Shown here in pieces: positions 26,027 through 32,000 of a DNA stretch of 32,000 nucleotides; the first letter of the stretch is position 1; every line of letters begins with the position of its first letter. Source of the DNA: Candidatus Thorarchaeota archaeon (GTDB lineage: Archaea > Asgardarchaeota > Thorarchaeia > Thorarchaeales > Thorarchaeaceae); assembly GCA_003345555.1 (NCBI GenBank), contig PRDJ01000050.1, positions 14,302 through 46,301 of the forward strand, in the 5' to 3' direction. The position numbers were made by a program, and so were the translations under genes. Under the pieces are notes generated by a model. The model saw only the letters and a list, made by a program, of their open reading frames with translations, made no database searches and had not been told where the DNA came from.

Positions 26027-28200
26027 TAGCAGTGACGACGGACAAGTCAGCAGCACTACTGTGCACTTGTGGCAAGACGCTGCGGCTTGACTATGAGTTG
26101 CTGAAGAGGGAGACTCAGGAGACGAATCTTGCCGCCGTTGTCGCAATCCATGACTTAGTCTGCCAAGAAGACGGCCTAGCCCAGATTGAAAGTTTAATCG
26201 ATGACTACGGAGGTCGTCTAGTCATTGCTGCCTGTACAAGTCAGAAAATCAGGCCAAGGATTGATCAGTATCTAAGAGCAAGGGGAAAGGATTCGTCTCA
26301 GATACAATATGTCAACATTCGAGAGCAATCTGCATGGGTGCATAGCGACCAAGATGAGGCCAGCAAGAAGAGTGCTGCTATGATTCACGGAGTTCTGGCA
26401 TGTTCTGCTCTGTCCGTACCTCTCACCTTTGAGCACAAGGAAGTACCCGCTCACGTGACTGTCATTGGCGGCGGCATATCAGGAATCGAATCAGCCCTGA
26501 GCCTTTCTAGATTGGGATATAATGTGTCCTTAATTGAACTGAGCGAGCAACTGGGCGGGCATGTGATTAGTCTGCCCCTAGTTACACCAACAGGGCGGTC
26601 CGGAAGAGAGGTCCTTAGCGGAAGATTGCAGGAACTGGAGACAAGTGAAAGGATTAGCGTTATGACAGGCGCAAGAGTGAAGTTCGTAGAAGGCGAAATG
26701 GGAAACTTCACAGTGCACTACGTCCCGACCAAGGGCGGAGAGGAGAAGAAGTTCAAAACATCGGCCATTGTGCTCGCGATGGGTTTTCAGGAATTCAAAC
26801 CGACAGCATTGGAAGAGTACAGATACGGCAAGAACCCGAATGTGGTCACGCAGTTTGAGTTATCCCGCATGCTAAGTGAAGAGAACCTATCGAGGCCCTC
26901 TGATGGTCAGCCAATCAGAGAGATCATCATGGTCCAATGCGTGGGCAGTAGATCGGAAGACTACAAACGGGATTGTAGCAAGCTCTGCTGTACTTTCGCC
27001 ATTGACAATGCATTGGAGACGATGAAGAGAGTCCCGGACGCCAAAGTCCGCATCATATACATGGACATTCGTGTGCCTTTCGAGAATGAGATAGTCTACA
27101 AAGAGTCTCGTGAGAAGGGCGTAGACTACATTCGTGGCAGAGTCAGCATGGTCTGGGAAAAGGAGGGCAGAACTTGGGTGCGGTTTTATGACTCTCTTCT
27201 TGACAGGTACTTTGAGACAAGTCCTGATTTACTGGTGCTATCCTCAGCAATTCTGCCCGCGGAGGGGGTTACAGAGTTATCACAGTCACTTGGCTTCGCG
27301 GTGGAATACGATGGTCATGTGAAGGAGCTCTACGGCAAACTCCGACGAAATGAGACTAGGAGGAGAGGAGTGGTCGCCGTCGGCGCAATCACGCGCCCTC
27401 AGTTCGTATTTGAAGCCGTGACTGACGCACAGGCCGCCGCACTGATGCTCCATAATGAGTTACAGAATGGTAAGATTGAGACCTTTGCACGTGGTGCAGT
27501 TCTGAAAGCTGATGATTGTGTTGGCTGTAGCTTGTGTGCTCAGCAGTGTCCTCGTGGCGTACCTCTTATGGTTGAGCAAACCGATGCTGAGGCCAAGAGC
27601 GAGGCTCAGAAGATACTATTCAAGGCCACAATCGACACTCTGAACTGTCACGCTTGTGGTATATGTCAAAGTCTGTGTCCGTCTGCTGCAACTCAGCTCA
27701 ACTTCCTTTCGAACGACCAGTTGTGGTCAGAAATCGAGGGAACACTAGATGGAGCAGGACCTGACTATCCAATAACTGTCTGTTTCTACTGTGAAGAGTG
27801 TGCTGTATCTACTATCGACATAGTTGGGACTCGAAGGATGGGGTACCCGGCAAGCACTCGCCTAATCCCCGTTCCGTGTTCAGGGCGGGTATCGATAATC
27901 GATATCCTCAAGGCGTTCGAGCACGGTGCGAGCACAGTGATGGTTGCAGCCTGTGAGAAAGACCGCTGTCATATTGGCGGGACAGGAAACGAGATTGCTC
28001 AGATTCAGGTAGACGTCGCGCGAGAGATACTGGATGCCATCGGGTGGCAGGGCGAGCGGGTCGAGATGTTTAGGATGTTCAGCGCTGAACCTGAACGATT
28101 CACACGCGCTGTAAATGAGATGGTTAAGCGAGCTCAGACTCTTGGCCCGACACCAGTTCATCTGGGCACAGCTGGGAAGTGGATGGAGGCGAGCCCTTGA
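26023..28200 (+). CDS. HdrA-MvhD fusion, QmoB-like architecture (FAD, [4Fe-4S] clusters, C-terminal [2Fe-2S] MvhD domain)
   Basis: CTCG...C...AAC...VNIREQ..WVH HdrA N-terminus, VIGGGISG, QCVGSR...CSKLCC, ferredoxin CVGCSLCAQQCP and CHACGICQSLCP, and MvhD CFYCEEC...PCSGR...AACEKDRCH. Confidence 0.92.
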   Translation: MIAVTTDKSAALLCTCGKTLRLDYELLKRETQETNLAAVVAIHDLVCQEDGLAQIESLIDDYGGRLVIAACTSQKIRPRIDQYLRARGKDSSQIQYVNIREQSAWVHSDQDEASKKSAAMIHGVLACSALSVPLTFEHKEVPAHVTVIGGGISGIESALSLSRLGYNVSLIELSEQLGGHVISLPLVTPTGRSGREVLSGRLQELETSERISVMTGARVKFVEGEMGNFTVHYVPTKGGEEKKFKTSAIVLAMGFQEFKPTALEEYRYGKNPNVVTQFELSRMLSEENLSRPSDGQPIREIIMVQCVGSRSEDYKRDCSKLCCTFAIDNALETMKRVPDAKVRIIYMDIRVPFENEIVYKESREKGVDYIRGRVSMVWEKEGRTWVRFYDSLLDRYFETSPDLLVLSSAILPAEGVTELSQSLGFAVEYDGHVKELYGKLRRNETRRRGVVAVGAITRPQFVFEAVTDAQAAALMLHNELQNGKIETFARGAVLKADDCVGCSLCAQQCPRGVPLMVEQTDAEAKSEAQKILFKATIDTLNCHACGICQSLCPSAATQLNFLSNDQLWSEIEGTLDGAGPDYPITVCFYCEECAVSTIDIVGTRRMGYPASTRLIPVPCSGRVSIIDILKAFEHGASTVMVAACEKDRCHIGGTGNEIAQIQVDVAREILDAIGWQGERVEMFRMFSAEPERFTRAVNEMVKRAQTLGPTPVHLGTAGKWMEASP

Positions 28201-30461
28201 GCACCATGGAAGAAGCAAGAGAGATGGCGCCCAAGAGACGTCGAATGATGGACATGGTCCTGACACTGGGCGGTCTCAGAGAGGAGTCTGCAATACCAGC
28301 TAGTAGAATCGCCGAAGAGATTGAGAACCTGAAGCGCGGACTCCTACCATTGACAGAATCAATACTGGCATTTCCAGACGCGTATTTCAACGCTTTCTTG
28401 GACATAGCTCTGCGAATAGGGCTGGTCGATCAGATAACCGACAAGGCCCTTCTCAGGGAGGCGGTCTCAAACCTTGAGAAGGCGGTATCAAGTGGTGAGT
28501 CCAAAGGCATTGCGGGCCTTCTGAACTCCCTGAAAACACTGCTTGCCAAAACAGAGAAGACTGAAGTTGAGAGCGTTGGCCGCCAAGCAGCAGACATCAC
28601 AGAATCCCTGAAGCTAATCCATGATACCATCCCAAGAGTAGAGTCGGTCCTTGGAGAGTACGATGAGAAAGCCAAGTCAAACGCCACAGGGGCAATTGCA
28701 GACATCAAATCCTTAGCAGAATCATTCTCACTCGTTCTGCAGGACTCCAGTTCGAATCCTGAAGCAAGGCTTGACGCACTTCAGAAACTCGGCACAAAGA
28801 CTAGGTACGGACCGTTCCTGCGAGCCGTTGCTCAGGTGAAGCGTGGAAAGAGAGAGGGACGGATTAGTGACGAGCGTCTGGTCAGGCTGCTTACGGGCAA
28901 CCTCGTGAACGAGCTGTATCGCGGAATGATTCTTTTCATTCTAAATAACGCCGGTTCGAAGACGGTCGTTCAGATGTCTGACTCGATGAAGGTTTCTCCT
29001 GAAAGAATCCAATTCGTAATCATCTCGATGATTCAGAGAGGCGAGGTGGAGATAGCCGGTCTCGACGGTGATGCACCAGTTTTCTCCCGCGTCCTGCCTG
29101 CCACTCCTCCAACAACACTGATAGTGAAGAGGGTGGTTCAACAGCTTCGGGGGCTTGTCAAATCGTTACAAGGGCCAGCAAAGGACTCTGCCAAGGACTC
29201 TCTTGAGCGGTTAGGTCTTGTTCAGGAAAAGCTGCAATTGCTAGGCGAATATGATGAATCGATGATATCGGATCACATGAATGCTATCCGAGAGGCTGTG
29301 GACGCGGCAACGGAGGCTGTCCTTCAGTCACAAAGCACCGAGAGCTCAGAAGACCTCCGACTGCTCGTGTCTGCGGGCCTTGAAGCATTTACAAGGTTTA
29401 GGCTCAAGATAGCGCTGGAAAAGGGTCCGCGATTGGTTTCGCAGGCGAATGTCTACGGTGAGAAGCTTGACCCCGAGGTCTACGAGAAGCTCATGGAGAC
29501 GTACCTCGACAATGAGCTCGAGCGAGGTATGATACTTGTTCTCATCCGTGAGATAGGTGCCATGACAGCACACGACCTAGCAGAAAAGACACACATCCCA
29601 CAAAACCGTGTATTCCAGCATCTGCTGCGGTTGAAGCGGGACGAGCTCCTCACGATTGCAGGAGAAACCCACGGCTACGTGCAGTATGACATTCCTCGAA
29701 CCCCAAATGAGGCTGAGATTACAATAAAGACGGTGGGCGGCTTGGCACTTCAGCTTACCAGTGCACAGAGCGATCTCAAGAGCATCTTGAGTAACCTCCG
29801 CCCCGATGACATAGGTCGGCTTGCTTCTTCTCTCGATATATTCTCCAAGTCTTGCGACAAGATGACCAAAATCAAGGTCGCAGGAAATGTGGTTGCTGAG
29901 CCCGTACTGAAGGATGTAGAAGGCAAGATCAAGTCGGCAGTCCTTCTCGCTTACCGTGCTCGCGCGAGAATCCCAAGCACGCGACCCCGAGTTACGGTGG
30001 AAGAGTTGACGGATATTGATGTTCCATCTGTAATGGACGAGTATCGCGATATGATGGGATATGCTCCGCTGCTTGGCTTTGGAACTATCAACTGGGCTCA
30101 TGCCAAGTGCCTAGGCTGCAAGTCGTGTGAGATAAGCTGCCCCGAGCACGCCATAGAGCTCAAACCAACCATGGACATTCCAAAGTTTTTCGAGTTCTCC
30201 GAAGACGATCTCAAGCTCCTGCCTGCTAACAAGGCTGCGTTCTACAGGACTGTCCGGAGCCTTGCAACCGCGAAGCCCTCCGGTAGCGTAGCATTGAAGG
30301 AAGGTTCTCCGGGATTCGGAAAGGTCGAGGTAGACCTATGGTTGTGTGTGGCCTGCAGGACATGCATAAGGCGTTGTCCTGGACCCGAAAGCGGTGCTCT
30401 GGATTTGGAGCTGAAATGGAGTCTGCCTGAAGTAGTAAAGGCAATGACTGCCCAGAGCTGA
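28197..30461 (+). CDS. Uncharacterised Hdr-operon protein: helical domains, two winged-helix repeats and a C-terminal 2x[4Fe-4S] ferredoxin
   Basis: Internal repeat NEL.RGMIL...IAG at 28908-29084 and 29511-29687; CLGCKSCEISCP and CVACRTCIRRCP. TTG start overlaps the upstream TGA, with GGAGG 8 nt before. Confidence 0.8.
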   Translation: MSTMEEAREMAPKRRRMMDMVLTLGGLREESAIPASRIAEEIENLKRGLLPLTESILAFPDAYFNAFLDIALRIGLVDQITDKALLREAVSNLEKAVSSGESKGIAGLLNSLKTLLAKTEKTEVESVGRQAADITESLKLIHDTIPRVESVLGEYDEKAKSNATGAIADIKSLAESFSLVLQDSSSNPEARLDALQKLGTKTRYGPFLRAVAQVKRGKREGRISDERLVRLLTGNLVNELYRGMILFILNNAGSKTVVQMSDSMKVSPERIQFVIISMIQRGEVEIAGLDGDAPVFSRVLPATPPTTLIVKRVVQQLRGLVKSLQGPAKDSAKDSLERLGLVQEKLQLLGEYDESMISDHMNAIREAVDAATEAVLQSQSTESSEDLRLLVSAGLEAFTRFRLKIALEKGPRLVSQANVYGEKLDPEVYEKLMETYLDNELERGMILVLIREIGAMTAHDLAEKTHIPQNRVFQHLLRLKRDELLTIAGETHGYVQYDIPRTPNEAEITIKTVGGLALQLTSAQSDLKSILSNLRPDDIGRLASSLDIFSKSCDKMTKIKVAGNVVAEPVLKDVEGKIKSAVLLAYRARARIPSTRPRVTVEELTDIDVPSVMDEYRDMMGYAPLLGFGTINWAHAKCLGCKSCEISCPEHAIELKPTMDIPKFFEFSEDDLKLLPANKAAFYRTVRSLATAKPSGSVALKEGSPGFGKVEVDLWLCVACRTCIRRCPGPESGALDLELKWSLPEVVKAMTAQS

Positions 30462-30536
30462 TTCTTTGCCAGTTCGTAAGTCATTAATAGCGCGTGGATA
30501 TCTGGAGTAACCACCACAGCAAGCGAGGGAGCAGAT

Positions 30537-31736
30537 TTGATAGACTTCAGTCTCACCGCTGAGCAATTTGCGCTTCAGAAGAAAGCACGAGAGTTTGCTC
30601 AACAGTATATGATTCCGTACGCTCACTACTACGACAAGACCGGCGAGTTCCCGCTGCCAATCATCCGAAAGTGCTGGGAATCCGGTCTCATGAATCTCGG
30701 CATACCAAAAGAGTACGGTGGCGCCGGGCTTGGTATTATTGACATGTGTTTAGTAGTCGAGGAGATGGCTGCAGGCTGTGCAGGGATGACAACTAGCATC
30801 TATGCCAACTCCTTGGGTGCTGAACCGATTCTTGTCGCAGGCACGAGCGAACAGAAGGAGAAGTACTTGAGACCGCTGACGAAGGAACTGAAGTTCATTA
30901 GCTTTGCAACTTCAGAACCGGGAATGGGCAGCGATGTGGCAGGCATCCAGACTCACGCAAGGAAGGAAGGCAACCACTACGTTCTGAATGGGAGTAAGTT
31001 CTGGATCACGAACGCACCTTACGCCGACACTTTCACGATATTCGCAAGCCTAGACCCCAGTCAACGACACAAGGCTCTATGTGCATTTATCGTTGATGCA
31101 GATTCATCCGGCCTGAAGACCGGGCGCCCAGTCGAGAAGATGGGTCACAGGGCATCAGCGACATCGTCCGTTATGCTCAAGGATGTAAACGTCCCAGAAG
31201 AGAACCTGCTGGGGTCTGAAGGTCAGGGCTTCCTAATCGCAATGTCAACCTTCGCCATGACACGACCGGCAATCGCAGCATTCTCGACCGGTCTCGCGAG
31301 GGCCGCCATGGAGTTCGCCCGAGAGTACGTCAACAAGAGGGAAGCATTCGGAGAAAAGCTGCGGAAGTTCGAGGTCACGCAGTTCAAGTTGGCTGAAATG
31401 TACATGAAAATCGAGGCCTCAAGAATGCTGTACCTTAAGGCTGCATGGGAAGCTGACACTATCGGCGATTCGACTGTCGCGGCGAGTGTTGCGAAAGCCT
31501 TTGCGACGGACGCCGCGATGTGGGTTGCGAGCGAAGCTGTTCAGCTGCACGGCGGATATGGCTACATTGACCAGTACCCACTGGAGAAACTGTTTCGCGA
31601 TGCCAAGCTGTACCAAATCTACGAGGGCACCAGCGAGATTCAGCGGCTCATTCTTGGTCGTCACGTCCTAGATGGTTATGACCCGGCGATGGAGAAGATT
31701 CCGAGGTGGGGATCCATGACTCCCCCCGATTTCTGA
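30537..31736 (+). CDS. Acyl-CoA dehydrogenase
   Basis: FATSEPGMGSDVAG, LNGSKFWITNA, KMGHRAS, QLHGGYGY and catalytic IYEGTSEIQR motifs. Confidence 0.96.
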   Translation: MIDFSLTAEQFALQKKAREFAQQYMIPYAHYYDKTGEFPLPIIRKCWESGLMNLGIPKEYGGAGLGIIDMCLVVEEMAAGCAGMTTSIYANSLGAEPILVAGTSEQKEKYLRPLTKELKFISFATSEPGMGSDVAGIQTHARKEGNHYVLNGSKFWITNAPYADTFTIFASLDPSQRHKALCAFIVDADSSGLKTGRPVEKMGHRASATSSVMLKDVNVPEENLLGSEGQGFLIAMSTFAMTRPAIAAFSTGLARAAMEFAREYVNKREAFGEKLRKFEVTQFKLAEMYMKIEASRMLYLKAAWEADTIGDSTVAASVAKAFATDAAMWVASEAVQLHGGYGYIDQYPLEKLFRDAKLYQIYEGTSEIQRLILGRHVLDGYDPAMEKIPRWGSMTPPDF

Positions 31737-31892
31737 GCACGAAGGCAGGTACAGTCAGGCTAGAATCGTGCAGAGGGCAGGCCCACTGAAGTAACTTGAC
31801 ATTGCTATGGAGCCACAATGCGGTCCTATGCGTAGACGTCAATCACCTTTCATCTGGACTTTCGAGACATTCAGCCAAACGGGCGGCCATTA

Positions 31893-32000
31893 CTATATTT
31901 CCGGAGGCTTAACGCCCATTGATGACATCAGGATGAAAACCTGCCCACGATGGTGTAGCTGCTCCGTTAGTACATTCCAGAGAGCATCTCCATAAGTGCG
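31893..32000 (-). CDS. 3' end of a DinB/DUF664-like protein (partial, enters from the right edge)
   Basis: Manual translation RTYGDALWNVLTEQLHHRGQVFILMSSMGVKPPEI*. HHRGQ...G..PP is the typical DinB-family C-terminus. Confidence 0.7.
   Translation of the reverse strand, partial: RTYGDALWNVLTEQLHHRGQVFILMSSMGVKPPEI

Noticed and set aside
23352-30461. Selenocysteine recoding in HdrA or MvhD
   Set aside because: The reading frames are open with Cys codons at the relevant positions and no in-frame TGA.
31648-31842. 64-aa minus-strand ORF with AGGTGA and TTG start
   Set aside because: It overlaps the acyl-CoA dehydrogenase 3' end by 89 bp in antisense and has no recognisable motif. A decayed gene remnant cannot be excluded but is unsupported.
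1-32000. CRISPR arrays, IS elements, integrases, and att duplication at the tRNAs
   Set aside because: No regularly spaced repeats, transposase or integrase motifs, or duplicated tRNA 3' ends were seen. The remaining short ORFs in the track overlap recognisable genes and are treated as shadows.

Overview
Gene-dense archaeal core-genome window, roughly 50% GC by eye. PolD, separate Kae1 and Bud32, GINS15 and a non-canonically placed tRNA intron suggest an anaerobic Asgard/TACK-type lineage, possibly Thorarchaeia-like; this is inference only. Bases 1-10.7 kb hold translation and RNA genes: DUF460 protein, Sm protein, KEOPS kae1/bud32/pcc1, uS15, a Cdc45/GAN homologue lacking DHH catalytic motifs, FAU-1, eS1, tRNA-Leu with a 30/31 intron, and tRNA-Ser. 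Bases 10.8-13.2 kb hold a PhoU-type regulator and a phosphohexomutase. Bases 13.4-23.2 kb form a replication and RNA-processing supercluster: PolD DP1, Cdc6/Orc1 with a probable oriC, METTL5-Csl4-Rpo11, an RNase III-like protein, TFS, an RPA14/RPA3-like OB protein, PCNA, PriS with two extra zinc ribbons, GINS15 and two unknown small genes. Bases 23.3-31.7 kb hold a heterodisulfide-reductase-like operon: HdrC, HdrB, two HdrA-family flavoproteins with QmoA/QmoB-like architecture (the second fused to MvhD), and a large protein with two winged-helix repeats and a 2x[4Fe-4S] ferredoxin, followed by an acyl-CoA dehydrogenase. No CRISPR array, transposase or integrase was seen. The best candidate for an undescribed system is the Hdr/Qmo-like module with its tandem wHTH-ferredoxin subunit, a possible redox-to-DNA link. 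All family assignments come from motif recognition by eye, not database searches.
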